Shown one piece after another: positions 15,643 to 25,772 of a stretch of 64,000 bases of DNA. The stretch comes from a virus, in IMG/VR virus record IMGVR_UViG_3300011398_000004, positions 9,055 through 73,054 of that record; one strand, given 5' to 3'. The notes under the pieces were generated by a model that saw only the letters and a list, made by a program, of their open reading frames with translations, was not told the DNA's origin and did not search any database. The position numbers and the translations under genes were made by a program. Each line of letters begins with the position of its first letter. Positions within the stretch are counted from its first letter, which is position 1.

Positions 15643-16140
15643 TCACAAAATTTGAGGTTTGATATTCATGGCGGAGTTAAAAACTTTAACACGTTCATGA
15701 GCTCTTTGTGCTAATATTTCTAATCTTTTAATTTCAATTTGGTTGATCATATTCAACATAGATATTCTATGTTCTTCAGCTAAAGCCAAATCCCGCTTAT
15801 ATATTCCTATTTCTCTCTTCTCTTCCATTCGCTTCTTTGTTCTTATACGGTGACAATTCGCGCAAACCAAGTCACATTTCTTAATTTCTTCTAATAGGAT
15901 ATTTAGACCAGTAGCATACAATAAATCTGATATATCTTTAAATTTGTCATCCGGGTCTCGATGATCGAAATCCATACATTCAGGTGGAAAACTATTATGA
16001 CAATCCATACAAGGATTGGTTCTTAAACTTTCGATCATTAGACGTCTTTGTTCTTTCCAACCTTCTCGACCATTTATCCATTTCATTTCACCCTCTCTAA
16101 TTCTTTCATTCCCCAATGGAACGCCCATCTTGCAACCCAT
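15643..16140 (-). CDS. HNH endonuclease
   Basis: CMDCHNSFPPECMDFDHRDP...CANCHRIR HNH/zinc motif; GAGGAG Shine-Dalgarno. Confidence 0.6.
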   Translation of the reverse strand: MGCKMGVPLGNERIREGEMKWINGREGWKEQRRLMIESLRTNPCMDCHNSFPPECMDFDHRDPDDKFKDISDLLYATGLNILLEEIKKCDLVCANCHRIRTKKRMEEKREIGIYKRDLALAEEHRISMLNMINQIEIKRLEILAQRAHERVKVFNSAMNIKPQIL

Positions 16141-16240
16141 CTAATAGTCTCCTCGTCGATTGTCGTATATCTCTTCTTCGGTTCTATATGATCAATCACC
16201 CATTTACCAGATCCTTCAGCATCCTTCCTCCATCCTATAT

Positions 16241-16519
16241 TCATTTTCGTAATCTATCGATTTGCCGAGCCGCCATCCCCGGACCATTATCCCGATCGTA
16301 TAATACTTCATTGAATTCATCTTTTGACAAATTAATTTTCATCACTCTTCCTTTCAAATAATCGAAATATTTACTTTCACTCTTATCCAGAATTTCATTC
16401 GCTTCATCATACGTCATATCTTTCATTTCGTGATTCATCCATCCCATCCCCATCGGCATGGATGCATTGTATAAAACCATAAGAATTTCTATCTTATTCA
16501 GTCCTTTGATATTAATCAT
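16241..16519 (-). CDS. hypothetical protein
   Basis: ORF track; 4-nt overlap with upstream gene. Confidence 0.35.
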   Translation of the reverse strand: MINIKGLNKIEILMVLYNASMPMGMGWMNHEMKDMTYDEANEILDKSESKYFDYLKGRVMKINLSKDEFNEVLYDRDNGPGMAARQIDRLRK

Positions 16520-16989
16520 ACTCTTCCTTTATTAAAAGATTCCCATAGGCATTCATTACATATATAGATACTTTCTAATCCTCTGAATGTAGTCTCCTTT
16601 CTAAATCCACAAGTTTTACATTCTAATATTTTCTTCGGCTTCTGTTGTCTTTCTCTTTCTGGTTCACTCTTTTCCCAAGATGGTTTATATCCATACGGTT
16701 CACGGAAATCTCGTTCCCAAGCAAAAGGTTCATCTCTCCAATGACTTCTAAATCCTCTCTCCCTAAACATATCTTGATATGTCTTTAATAAATCCTCGTA
16801 TACTATTGATGAATTCGATCTATTTGGTTCTGGTTTCTTCGTTTGTCCTGGTTCTTTCTTATTCATCCCAAAATCGAATTTTCCTTCCTCGATTAGATGA
16901 CAAGCCTTCCGCGCAGCAAGATTCGCCTCATGCTCATTCGGATTATTATTCGCTAATTTTATTAATTTCTTGATCAATTCAATATTCAT
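16516..16989 (-). CDS. DUF2786-like phage protein
   Basis: N-terminal LIKKLIKLANNNPNEHEANLAARKA matches the DUF2786 signature. Confidence 0.4.
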   Translation of the reverse strand: MNIELIKKLIKLANNNPNEHEANLAARKACHLIEEGKFDFGMNKKEPGQTKKPEPNRSNSSIVYEDLLKTYQDMFRERGFRSHWRDEPFAWERDFREPYGYKPSWEKSEPERERQQKPKKILECKTCGFRKETTFRGLESIYICNECLWESFNKGRV

Positions 16990-17202
16990 TCATATGTCCA
17001 TTCCACAATGGAGGCACGGTGCGGGAGTTGGTCTTGCTTGATTCGAATGAAGAGGGAATATGGTCACTCCACCGCATGAATAACATCTTACATGAACATA
17101 TTCAATAAGAGTCTTCGTGATGTCACCTCGAGCAAGACGTACTTGTTCCTTCGCAACTTCATCGAGGATATTCCAAGAATATCTCGGGTCTTGATCGCTC
17201 AT
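16990..17202 (-). CDS. zinc-ribbon small protein
   Basis: CYSCGG...CLHCG. Confidence 0.35.
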   Translation of the reverse strand: MSDQDPRYSWNILDEVAKEQVRLARGDITKTLIEYVHVRCYSCGGVTIFPLHSNQARPTPAPCLHCGMDI

Positions 17203-17203
17203 A

Positions 17204-17413
17204 TCATTCTTTCAATTCATCCTCTTTTATTCCTTCAGTTTCTAATGTCGGTGGTTCATCGAGCCAAATTCTTTTTACTCCATTACGATGAACTCTGAAA
17301 CTACCGTCCTTAAGAGGATATACCATATAGGGTTTATGAGCAAAGCAGTAGTCGCCACCACCAGTCCGACAACCGCATTCCTTGCATGTAGATATATTAT
17401 GAGTCAATTCCAT
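17204..17413 (-). CDS. small Cys-rich protein
   Basis: ORF track; CKECGCRTGGGDYCFAH. Confidence 0.35.
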   Translation of the reverse strand: MELTHNISTCKECGCRTGGGDYCFAHKPYMVYPLKDGSFRVHRNGVKRIWLDEPPTLETEGIKEDELKE

Positions 17414-17603
17414 CTACCCACCATGTATGTCCGCAATTAGTGCATTTGTATTGATAATCTTCATATGCACCATCATTCGATTCCCATATTCTATATTGTA
17501 TTAATCCCTCTTTCGGATGAGAACAATTCTTCGGACAATTCGAGTGAGATAAGCAATCCTTCCACTCCTCGAATTTCCCTTCATTATCCTCATAAGTCTT
17601 CAT
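17397..17603 (-). CDS. small Cys/His-rich protein
   Basis: ORF track; CPKNCSH...CTNCGH. Confidence 0.35.
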   Translation of the reverse strand: MKTYEDNEGKFEEWKDCLSHSNCPKNCSHPKEGLIQYRIWESNDGAYEDYQYKCTNCGHTWWVDGIDS

Positions 17604-17761
17604 TTATAATACCAGACGATGATCGATCCATTCGAATTCCATTGCGAATGAGAGATACTTATTACTCTGTTATCTCCTAACTTCGAGGCAAATTCACAGA
17701 CTTCCTTCGCCATCGATTCCCAGCTCTGATATCCGGATTCGAATATCTTGAATGTTATCAT
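17600..17761 (-). CDS. small hypothetical protein (53 aa)
   Basis: Hand-translated MITFKIFESGYQSWESMAKEVCEFASKLGDNRVISISHSQWNSNGSIIVWYYK; ATGA-type overlaps with both neighbours. Confidence 0.3.
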   Translation of the reverse strand: MITFKIFESGYQSWESMAKEVCEFASKLGDNRVISISHSQWNSNGSIIVWYYK

Positions 17762-17982
17762 TTCTTCCTCGAATTCTTCAACATCATCCTCTCGATATTC
17801 ATCAAATGATGATCATAATTCTTCGCTATTGCTCCTAATCCTTCACTAATAAATGGTGCCGTTAATGACATTCGAAAGCTACTAACAGCCACACGAACAA
17901 CCATACATTCAGCGAATGTCAACTCTTTCCCATTGATAACGATATCCGGTTCTACCCATCCACTTTCTTTATCGATTGGCAT
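17758..17982 (-). CDS. hypothetical protein
   Basis: ORF track. Confidence 0.3.
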   Translation of the reverse strand: MPIDKESGWVEPDIVINGKELTFAECMVVRVAVSSFRMSLTAPFISEGLGAIAKNYDHHLMNIERMMLKNSRKK

Positions 17983-18200
17983 TTCTTATCCTTCTTTTCA
18001 ATAAACGGAGGACTAGCAATCCATATCTTCCTCTTCCTCTTAAATTTATTCGTCCCCACATGCCAATACAGACATTTAGGACATACATAAACTCCCATTT
18101 TATTTATTAATTTTTTGTTCTTACGCGAGTATTTTTTTAATTTCTTTAGATGTTCGTTCGCACTTTCCTTCGTTCTGTGTTGGATCTTTCTGCATTCCAT
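17952..18200 (-). CDS. basic zinc-ribbon protein
   Basis: ORF track; CPKCLYWH. Confidence 0.3.
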   Translation of the reverse strand: MECRKIQHRTKESANEHLKKLKKYSRKNKKLINKMGVYVCPKCLYWHVGTNKFKRKRKIWIASPPFIEKKDKKCQSIKKVDG

Positions 18201-18209
18201 TATCCCCTT

Positions 18210-18623
18210 CTATTCTTCATCATCTCCATGAGGTCCCTTATGATCCTTTTCTTTTATACAGATCATTTCATCATTGCCGCACAATTCACCACAAACTTTG
18301 TATTCCGGTGAGAATTCCTCTAATACAGATCTAACGTATTCTACACTCTTTCGTTTTTCATCATCAACTATTCTATTAAGTTTTTCGGCAGTTCTCTCCA
18401 TACGGAGGGTTTTGAAGTTGGTAGCTTCTTGTGGAGAAATAATCTCAATCAAGGCGTAAATAGCTTCCATGACTTCTCTTTTGTTGATCGGTGTTTGTAA
18501 CCAACCATAAGTATCTAGAGCTGTTAGAAACATTTCTTCTGCTTTCTTGATTCTAGCAGAATAATTAGAATCATTCATTTCCATAAAGGCCATTTCCCTT
18601 GGAATGGAATCGTCTTCCCTCAT
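18210..18623 (-). CDS. hypothetical protein
   Basis: ORF track; start may be an internal Met (18593). Confidence 0.4.
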   Translation of the reverse strand: MREDDSIPREMAFMEMNDSNYSARIKKAEEMFLTALDTYGWLQTPINKREVMEAIYALIEIISPQEATNFKTLRMERTAEKLNRIVDDEKRKSVEYVRSVLEEFSPEYKVCGELCGNDEMICIKEKDHKGPHGDDEE

Positions 18624-19029
18624 AGTCTGGGTAGGCTTGTCCAGTCATCGTCTGGTACCAATTACGGAATCTACATCCCCAGCATCTCGAGACCCAGGAA
18701 CCAGCTTCATTGCTTCTTATACGATTGATATCGTATAGTTCTTTCTTGTTCTTATTCAATTGATCAGTTAAAATCCTATTACGATCTATATAGGATTCAA
18801 GCATCCGTAGATTTGACATATGAGCACGATGCAATTGTCGTAATTGAGTCCTCTGATTGGTCTTTTTGATCTGTTTCCGGGGTAATCCAGATTGTTCGTG
18901 CATCTGGACAATATAGGCAGCTTTCATCAAGTCATCTCGTAATTCGGAAGCATTAGTCCCTTCCTTTGTTACGAGATGAGTTGCATGACGTCCTAGGCGT
19001 ACCGAAAGAGGTTCTATGAGAATCTCCAT
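18571..19029 (-). CDS. hypothetical protein
   Basis: ORF track. Confidence 0.4.
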   Translation of the reverse strand: MEILIEPLSVRLGRHATHLVTKEGTNASELRDDLMKAAYIVQMHEQSGLPRKQIKKTNQRTQLRQLHRAHMSNLRMLESYIDRNRILTDQLNKNKKELYDINRIRSNEAGSWVSRCWGCRFRNWYQTMTGQAYPDYEGRRFHSKGNGLYGNE

Positions 19030-19038
19030 CGACCCACC

Positions 19039-19809
19039 CTACTGAGCATCGATGATCGAAGAAGCCGAAGAACTACCCTCCTCGATATAGTCGTCCGCCG
19101 TAGGCAGACGCCATGAGCCATCAGGCAAAATCACGACTTCGTGCTTAACACCGCGCATCACGACGATGTCCGTTTTCAGCCCAGGCTTCAGTTCTCGTTC
19201 GATTTCGAGAGGGACACCGACTCGTTCGGCAAATCCAGGGTTATCTGCTCTGTATTTCTTCAGATAATCCACGATTGCTCGACGAACCAGACGAGTTCGT
19301 GGTCGATCTGTATCTTCCTCAATCATCGTGAGCTCACGAACTTGGTCTGGAGTGAGTGCTACGTGAATCTTTGTCATGACTGCCATTTTGTTTTTCCTAT
19401 TCTGTTTACGACTTTCGTTAAGTAATTCTCTTGTCTGTTTATTTAAATATCTTATCTTTTCTCTTATTTTCTTGTTTACCTCCTCACGTGATAATCTTGC
19501 TATATGGTCAACACGTGGACGTTTATTTTTTACCTGTTCTTCCCATGTTGCCCAACGAACATTTCCTGGCTCATAATTTTTATTGTTGTCAATTCTTTCT
19601 AATGTTAAATTTATAGAAGTTTTTGGGCCAATATCCTTATAGAATGCTGAAAAAGAATGAGACCATTTTTCACAGACCTTAATTCCTCTTCCACCATACC
19701 ATTTGTAGCCTTGATATTCTTCATCTGTGCATCGGCGTATCATTTCTACCCATGCACGATATTCAGATGTACCACTCATTCCGTGGCGTTCATACTGTAA
19801 ATAGCGCAT
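19039..19809 (-). CDS. HNH homing endonuclease with C-terminal ribbon-helix-helix-like extension
   Basis: [34 protein letters not shown]...RIDNNKNYEPGNVRWATWEEQ, and C-terminal TRLVRRAIVDYLKKY. Confidence 0.6.
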   Translation of the reverse strand: MRYLQYERHGMSGTSEYRAWVEMIRRCTDEEYQGYKWYGGRGIKVCEKWSHSFSAFYKDIGPKTSINLTLERIDNNKNYEPGNVRWATWEEQVKNKRPRVDHIARLSREEVNKKIREKIRYLNKQTRELLNESRKQNRKNKMAVMTKIHVALTPDQVRELTMIEEDTDRPRTRLVRRAIVDYLKKYRADNPGFAERVGVPLEIERELKPGLKTDIVVMRGVKHEVVILPDGSWRLPTADDYIEEGSSSASSIIDAQ

Positions 19810-19932
19810 AAGTAAGGTAATAGCCCTATGTGCCGTGCCCTGTTACCTGTATACAGCACTGTATACCCATATGGTAATCGATTGCAAGCCTTATTTTAAA
19901 GTTAAAAACTCAATGTTAGACCAAAATACCCC

Positions 19933-19961
19933 TTTACAATGGACTTTATCTGTGTTATCAT
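19933..19961 (+). promoter_or_regulatory. candidate promoter TTTACA-N17-TATCAT at the head of the long plus-strand morphogenesis block
   Basis: Read in the divergent intergenic region 19810-19984. Confidence 0.35.
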
Positions 19962-19984
19962 ACAAAGCGGAGTAAAGTTACCAT

Positions 19985-20377
19985 ATGGCAAGCATCTTTG
20001 ATCTAGATCCAGATGATCTTCCTCCACGATCCCAAAAGGAGGAGATCACCTTAAAGCGATCTAAGCATAGAGAGTCTATCACCCCTTCTGATTATTCGAA
20101 GGGTAAACGGACTTTGATGTCAATGGTCGAATCGGCATTTGATTGTCTAGAGGATGCCGTTAAGTCCGCGGATTTCCCAACAGCGATTAAAGCAGCTCAA
20201 ATTATTCTCGATAGATCCGGTTTCGGTCCTAAATCTACTGTAGACGTCAATACTACGTCCCTAGACTTATCTACATTAAGTCGAGAGGAACTTGCCGAGC
20301 GTGCTAGTCGCATATCTCATCAACTTCGGAGTAAAGATCAAAAAACGATTGATATTACTCCTTCCTCGATTAATTGA
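19985..20377 (+). CDS. candidate terminase small subunit
   Basis: 130 aa, first gene of the packaging block. AIKAAQIILDRSGFGPK resembles TerS helix motifs. Called mainly from position. Confidence 0.35.
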   Translation: MASIFDLDPDDLPPRSQKEEITLKRSKHRESITPSDYSKGKRTLMSMVESAFDCLEDAVKSADFPTAIKAAQIILDRSGFGPKSTVDVNTTSLDLSTLSREELAERASRISHQLRSKDQKTIDITPSSIN

Positions 20378-20381
20378 TTAT

Positions 20382-20564
20382 ATGTCGAATGAAGATAAAC
20401 GTAAGAAAATGGAATCTGAAACCATAGATATTTCTAATGGTGCTCTATTTCTAATGATTAGAGATTTAGAACGTGAAGTAAAATATCTTAAAAATCAAAT
20501 TGATGAAATTAGACCGATGGCTGAGAATGCTCATATTCATACAATGCGAATTGGTGGATCATAA
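20382..20564 (+). CDS. small coiled-coil protein
   Basis: Internal Met of ORF 20292..20564. Confidence 0.3.
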   Translation: MSNEDKRKKMESETIDISNGALFLMIRDLEREVKYLKNQIDEIRPMAENAHIHTMRIGGS

Positions 20565-20567
20565 GTA

Positions 20568-20750
20568 ATGGATATTCCCGATACTCACGTTGTTCCTATA
20601 AATGATATGAAGGAACATATCGATTCACGTGACTGTTGGTGTAAACCTTCGTTAAAATACGAGGATATTACAAAGATCCAAGATGAATCTAAATCTAAAG
20701 CAGTAATAGTAATACATAATTCGATGGATGGTCGAGAATTGATTGATTGA
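20568..20750 (+). CDS. small hypothetical protein
   Basis: ORF track. Confidence 0.3.
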   Translation: MDIPDTHVVPINDMKEHIDSRDCWCKPSLKYEDITKIQDESKSKAVIVIHNSMDGRELID

Positions 20751-20782
20751 ACGTCACGGTCTTAATTGAATAAAGGAGAAGT

Positions 20783-21001
20783 ATGTCTGTAAGGGCAAAA
20801 GTCACATGCGATCTTTTAGAAGGAAATAAAGTAAGATTCAGCACCGTATACGAGCAAAATGCCGTATTAGATACAGAGAATACGAGATTCACAAAAGCAA
20901 CTCCTTGGGGAACGATAGAAATGGGTATCGATAATCCTCAAGCATTAGCACAATTTGTCGTAGGAAAGCAATACTACGTTGATTTTAACTTAGCAGAGTG
21001 A
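20783..21001 (+). CDS. hypothetical protein
   Basis: ORF track; AAGGAGAAG Shine-Dalgarno. Confidence 0.35.
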   Translation: MSVRAKVTCDLLEGNKVRFSTVYEQNAVLDTENTRFTKATPWGTIEMGIDNPQALAQFVVGKQYYVDFNLAE

Positions 21002-21126
21002 TTGGAGAATATCATGGGAAACACTAAAGCACCGAAACAGGCTCCGAATAAAGTTCAAGTAGCGGTTCCTCTGAACCCTAAGAATCCTACAGGGCATTCG
21101 AAGACGACCCTTACGAAGAAAAATTA

Positions 21127-21438
21127 ATGGATAATCAGGCTTTTTCGATAGGACGAATTGTCCATTATAGGCTAAATGCCGATGATGCTGATCAGATCAA
21201 TCGTCGACGAATTGGGCGACGCCCAACTGCTAATGACGTAGCATGGCCTCAAGGAGCCGTAGCCCATGTAGGAAATATGGTTCACGAAAATGACGTATTT
21301 CCAATGATCATCACTCGCGTATGGGATACTGATCATATCAATGGGCAAGTTTTCCTCGATGGCAATGATCTCTATTGGGCTACATCGAGGAAATTTGGTG
21401 ACCAACCTGGGACATTCTGTTGGCCTACTCGAGTATGA
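21127..21438 (+). CDS. hypothetical protein
   Basis: ORF track. Confidence 0.4.
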   Translation: MDNQAFSIGRIVHYRLNADDADQINRRRIGRRPTANDVAWPQGAVAHVGNMVHENDVFPMIITRVWDTDHINGQVFLDGNDLYWATSRKFGDQPGTFCWPTRV

Positions 21439-22976
21439 TATCTTCTTCTCTTAAGGAAGAAGATATTGGTGATCCAATCGAAGCACTTGCAGCGATTGAA
21501 TTAGAATTACAGAAGAGGAATTGGCAAGATAATCCATCTTTATGGGTTAAAGAAAGACTGAATGAATATTTGTGGTCCTTACAGACTGTAGTATTACAAT
21601 CTGTAAGGGACCATCGTAGAACTCTTGTTCAGTCTTGTCATGCGATGGGTAAGTCGTGGCTCTCAGGAAGAGCCGCTGCATGGTGGATAGATGTATGGCC
21701 TGTAGGAACTGCTTTCGTCGTTACATCGGCTCCTAGCGGACCACAGGTAAAAGCGATTCTTTGGCGCGAAATTGGCCGCGCTTTCATGAAGGGTAAACTC
21801 GATGGAAGAGTTAACCAAACGGAATGGTATCGCTCAGTCGGAGGTAAAGAAGAAATCGTCGCCTTCGGTAGGAAGCCCGACGATCTCGATCCCGCTGCCT
21901 TCCAGGGTATTCACTCTCGTCGCGTCCTTGTTATTCTGGATGAAGCCAACGGTATCCGAGGTCCATTACACGAAGCCGCAGGATCCCTCATAGCTAATGA
22001 TGAATCTAAAATATTAATGATAGGAAATCCAGATGACCCTAATGGCGAATATTTTGAAGCGTCTAAACCGGGCTCTGGATGGAATGTGGTCAAGATCTCG
22101 GCGTTCGATACTCCAAACTTCACCGGAGAAGAACTTCCCCTCGACGTCCGTCAGCAGCTCATTGGAAAAACGTATGTTGAGGAGAAAAGAAGAAAGTGGG
22201 CACCTCTCTGGAGATGGAACGAAGAAGGAACAGCATGTATACCACCGGAAGGAGTAGATCCAGAGACTGACCCTAATTCGAATCCGATGTGGAAGTCGAA
22301 GATTTTGGGGGTTTTTCCTGAGAAGACTGAAGCAGGTGGGCTTATTCCTATTTCTTGGGTTAAAGCGGCACAATTACGAGATCTTTCCAAAACTACAATC
22401 GAGAAGAACGCTATTAACGAATTAGGTGCAGATATAGGTGGCGGCGGAGATGACTCAGCAACATGTCAGCGTAAAGGTGATGTTTATCGTATATTACGTT
22501 CTTATACAGAACCTGATACAATGATTCAATGTGGGATTATCATAGATGATTTGAATAACACAGGAGCATCGTGTGTTAAAGTTGATAAGATTGGTATTGG
22601 TTGGGGAGTTGTTAATCGTGGTCAGGAATTGAAGAGACCATTTATCGGTATTAATGTCGGTGAAGGGGCTACTGAAGACGATACTGCTTCGGATGAAAGA
22701 TTTGCGAATTTAAAAGCAGAATTATGGTGGAATGTTCGTAATATTTTCGAACGAGGACTTATCGACATTGATGCAGAGGATGAAGATCTCGCTGCTGAGT
22801 TATGTTCCATTCGTTATATAAGATTATCAAGTGGAAAGATTAAAATTGAGGATAAAAGACGAGATTCGAAAGGGAAGGTAATAGCATCACCTAATAGAGC
22901 GGAAGCATTGATGCTTGCGGCGACTCCTAAACGATTACACCGCGGTGTGATAGAATTAGAAGTATCATGGGGATGA
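21420..22976 (+). CDS. terminase large subunit
   Basis: 518 aa; Walker A-like SCHAMGKSWLSG and Walker B VLVILDEANGI, with a C-terminal nuclease-like region; immediately upstream of portal. Confidence 0.7.
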   Translation: MAYSSMISSSLKEEDIGDPIEALAAIELELQKRNWQDNPSLWVKERLNEYLWSLQTVVLQSVRDHRRTLVQSCHAMGKSWLSGRAAAWWIDVWPVGTAFVVTSAPSGPQVKAILWREIGRAFMKGKLDGRVNQTEWYRSVGGKEEIVAFGRKPDDLDPAAFQGIHSRRVLVILDEANGIRGPLHEAAGSLIANDESKILMIGNPDDPNGEYFEASKPGSGWNVVKISAFDTPNFTGEELPLDVRQQLIGKTYVEEKRRKWAPLWRWNEEGTACIPPEGVDPETDPNSNPMWKSKILGVFPEKTEAGGLIPISWVKAAQLRDLSKTTIEKNAINELGADIGGGGDDSATCQRKGDVYRILRSYTEPDTMIQCGIIIDDLNNTGASCVKVDKIGIGWGVVNRGQELKRPFIGINVGEGATEDDTASDERFANLKAELWWNVRNIFERGLIDIDAEDEDLAAELCSIRYIRLSSGKIKIEDKRRDSKGKVIASPNRAEALMLAATPKRLHRGVIELEVSWG

Positions 22977-23143
22977 TTTATGATAAGAATTAATCGTTAT
23001 GATGTTCGTGGTCGTTGGTATTGGAGAATATGGAGAGGGAGTAAGCTGATTGCTAGATGTGCTTATTCATATGATTCTTCAGAAAAAGGGTCTATAAAGA
23101 TGGAAAAAGATTTACACCTTTTATTCCCTCAATGGTTTAAATA

Positions 23144-24634
23144 ATGTCAGTCGATACTAAACACGTCTCTTACGAAGCATTAGAAGATCAATGGAGTCGT
23201 TGTAGAGACTGTGCGTCTGGAGAAGATGCTATTAAATCGAAGAAGACTAAATATTTACCTGCATTAGATAGCCATATTAAAGATAATATGCTAACGAATA
23301 AATATGGCGATTATCTAATGCGAGCGATGTTTTACAATGCCGTAGGAAGAACAATAACAGGATTATCAGGAGCTATATTCCAAAAAGCACCTTCCGTAGA
23401 CGTATCTGAAGGAATTATAAAAGAACAAATTAAAGATGTTACAATCACAGGACAGCCAATAGATTTATTCGCATTAAATGTTACGAGGGAATATCTTACT
23501 ACCGGGCGCGTAGGCATTTTAGTGGACATGTCGACTGAATTAGCGACTAGTCCACGTCCATATTGGGTCTTATACGAAGCAGAAAACATTATCAATTGGC
23601 GTTTCAAGAATCTTGGTGGTGATAAGGAATTGAATTTAGTAGTACTCAGAGAGACAGTCGATAAATTAGATCTAGATGATGAGTTTTGTATCGAGCCTGT
23701 TGTTCAATATCGTGTTTTACGTTTATCAGATCCTGGCATTTATACTCAGCAAGTCTTTGTAGAAGTTGAAAACAATTACGGAACTATTCCTGGAGTTAAA
23801 CCTGGAGAAAAAGTGTATGAAGGTGGTCCTATAATTATTCCTACAAGAAGAGGGCAACCTTTGAATTTTATACCGTTTTCACTTCCATGGGCTATAAATG
23901 CACCGCCTTTATTAGACCTCGTCTCAGTAAATTTAAGTCATTATCGTGGAACTGCTGATTTGAAACACGGACTTCATTTTACAGCACTTCCTACACCGTG
24001 GGTAGCAGGAGATGGGACTGATACTAATAAACCTCTTTCTATAGGTTCAGGAACAGCTTGGTCGTTGGGTAAAGACGGTAAAGCTGGGATGCTCGAATTT
24101 ACCGGTCGCGGATTAGGTGCTATAAAAACTGATCTATTAGATATGCAAAGACAGATGGCAACACTCGGCGCACGTCTATTAGAGGAAGCTCCTCGATATG
24201 CCGAGACTGCAATGGGCGTCTCGATGCGTCATGGTAGTGACTACGCTACTTTACGTATGGTAGCACAGATAGTCGAACAACAGATTTCATTTGCTCTAAA
24301 AATTCATTCATGGTGGCTTTCGACTGAGGAATTAGTCGAAAAGATGAAGGCAAATGTTGAATTAAATAAAGTCTTCTTCGATCAATCTGTTACAGCCGAT
24401 GAATTACGTGCGCTTCTTCTCGCATTACAGGCTTCGACTATCTCATTTAAAACATTTTATGAGAGACTATCCAATACAGGATGGACACGGGAAGGGATTG
24501 ATTCCGAGGAAGAGCTTGAGGAAATTAAGAAGGATGGGGATCAATTCAAGCCACCTGAGAAACCAGGATTGCAGCAACCTGATCCTAAATCGACAGCACC
24601 GGGGAGTAAACCTCCACCGAAACCAGTGAGCTAA
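23144..24634 (+). CDS. portal protein
   Basis: 496 aa, directly after TerL; acidic Pro-rich C-terminus; call is from position and size. Confidence 0.55.
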   Translation: MSVDTKHVSYEALEDQWSRCRDCASGEDAIKSKKTKYLPALDSHIKDNMLTNKYGDYLMRAMFYNAVGRTITGLSGAIFQKAPSVDVSEGIIKEQIKDVTITGQPIDLFALNVTREYLTTGRVGILVDMSTELATSPRPYWVLYEAENIINWRFKNLGGDKELNLVVLRETVDKLDLDDEFCIEPVVQYRVLRLSDPGIYTQQVFVEVENNYGTIPGVKPGEKVYEGGPIIIPTRRGQPLNFIPFSLPWAINAPPLLDLVSVNLSHYRGTADLKHGLHFTALPTPWVAGDGTDTNKPLSIGSGTAWSLGKDGKAGMLEFTGRGLGAIKTDLLDMQRQMATLGARLLEEAPRYAETAMGVSMRHGSDYATLRMVAQIVEQQISFALKIHSWWLSTEELVEKMKANVELNKVFFDQSVTADELRALLLALQASTISFKTFYERLSNTGWTREGIDSEEELEEIKKDGDQFKPPEKPGLQQPDPKSTAPGSKPPPKPVS

Positions 24635-24635
24635 T

Positions 24636-24869
24636 ATGGAAGACGATTTTAAAATTAGTATAGGAAGAATGGGAAGAGAATGCACTATTTCTTTGAATGA
24701 TAAAGATATATCTAAATATGTTCAGAGAATTATTGTAGATGCAAAACCTATGGAATTAACTAAAATTTGGATTCAAATATCCCCGATGGGGACTAAATTT
24801 GAAGTAACAGGAATAGAAAACCCTAATTTCTATATACCAGAGGATATTCCTAAGATTCCTGAGGATTAA
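24636..24869 (+). CDS. hypothetical protein
   Basis: ORF track. Confidence 0.4.
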   Translation: MEDDFKISIGRMGRECTISLNDKDISKYVQRIIVDAKPMELTKIWIQISPMGTKFEVTGIENPNFYIPEDIPKIPED

Positions 24870-25109
24870 ATGTTTAAGTCATTAAAATCGGAACCTAAAT
24901 CTTCATTGGAATTACAAGCGCAGGCGCTTAAAGTTCTTCAGGGATTGCCTGTAGAAGATGCTATAGGTGCAGCTTGCTCTTTTTTGCTCTATTCCTCTTA
25001 TAACCATAGAATCCAATTTAGACGTGTAATGAATGAAAAAGTAATTCGAGAAGGTTTTTCTGGTATTTCACTGTTAGAACAATTCAATCGTGTTAGTAAG
25101 GAGCTATAA
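24870..25109 (+). CDS. hypothetical protein
   Basis: ORF track. Confidence 0.4.
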   Translation: MFKSLKSEPKSSLELQAQALKVLQGLPVEDAIGAACSFLLYSSYNHRIQFRRVMNEKVIREGFSGISLLEQFNRVSKEL

Positions 25110-25537
25110 TGGCAAAAAGTGCATCGTTCGCGAATTCATTGCTTCTATTGATTTTTAATGCTACTCTTTTCGCTAACGTAGCAATCAATGCGACTTCGTC
25201 ACCGATTACGAATGTCCATGCAAGTCTACATACAGCAGATCCAGGAACTGCTGGTGATCAATCTACGAGTGAGATTACTTATACGAGCTATGCAAGAGTT
25301 GCAGTTCTTCGCACATCTGGTGGATGGACTGTAACTGCGAATTCTTGTAGCCCATTAGCTGCAATCACATTTCCTGCTGGAACTGGTGGTTCTGGTACGG
25401 CAACTCATTTCGGCTTAGGAACTCTTCTTTCTGGTGCAGGTGTTCGCATCTATTCCGGCACTGTAACTCCTAATATCGTCTGCGGAAATGGTGTTACTCC
25501 TTCCCTCTCGACAGCTTCAACTATTGTGGAGACCTAA
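25109..25537 (+). CDS. hypothetical structural protein
   Basis: ORF track. Confidence 0.45.
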   Translation: MAKSASFANSLLLLIFNATLFANVAINATSSPITNVHASLHTADPGTAGDQSTSEITYTSYARVAVLRTSGGWTVTANSCSPLAAITFPAGTGGSGTATHFGLGTLLSGAGVRIYSGTVTPNIVCGNGVTPSLSTASTIVET

Positions 25538-25538
25538 T

Positions 25539-25772
25539 ATGGAATCGAAGATCGTGACGGCAATAGGTGTTTCAGTAAACACCGTTCATGGTGCAGATGC
25601 AAATCGACGTATTGAAAAAGCTGTGAACGAGGAAATTTTAAAATGTAATGAAGAAGGAATAAGTACGGAAGAAAAGAATTCTTCTATTATTCGAGAACGG
25701 ATGGCTAAAGCACATCAACGTGTATTAGCAGAAATTGAAGAAGAATTACGAAAATCTAATGAGGAATCGTAA
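25539..25772 (+). CDS. hypothetical protein
   Basis: Internal Met of ORF 25488..25772. Confidence 0.4.
   Translation: MESKIVTAIGVSVNTVHGADANRRIEKAVNEEILKCNEEGISTEEKNSSIIRERMAKAHQRVLAEIEEELRKSNEES

Noticed and set aside
21802-22390. Small ORFs on both strands within the terminase gene (21802..21993, 21911..22123, 22014..22373, 22033..22257, 22151..22390)
   Set aside because: They are nested in the conserved terminase large-subunit frame with no independent signals.
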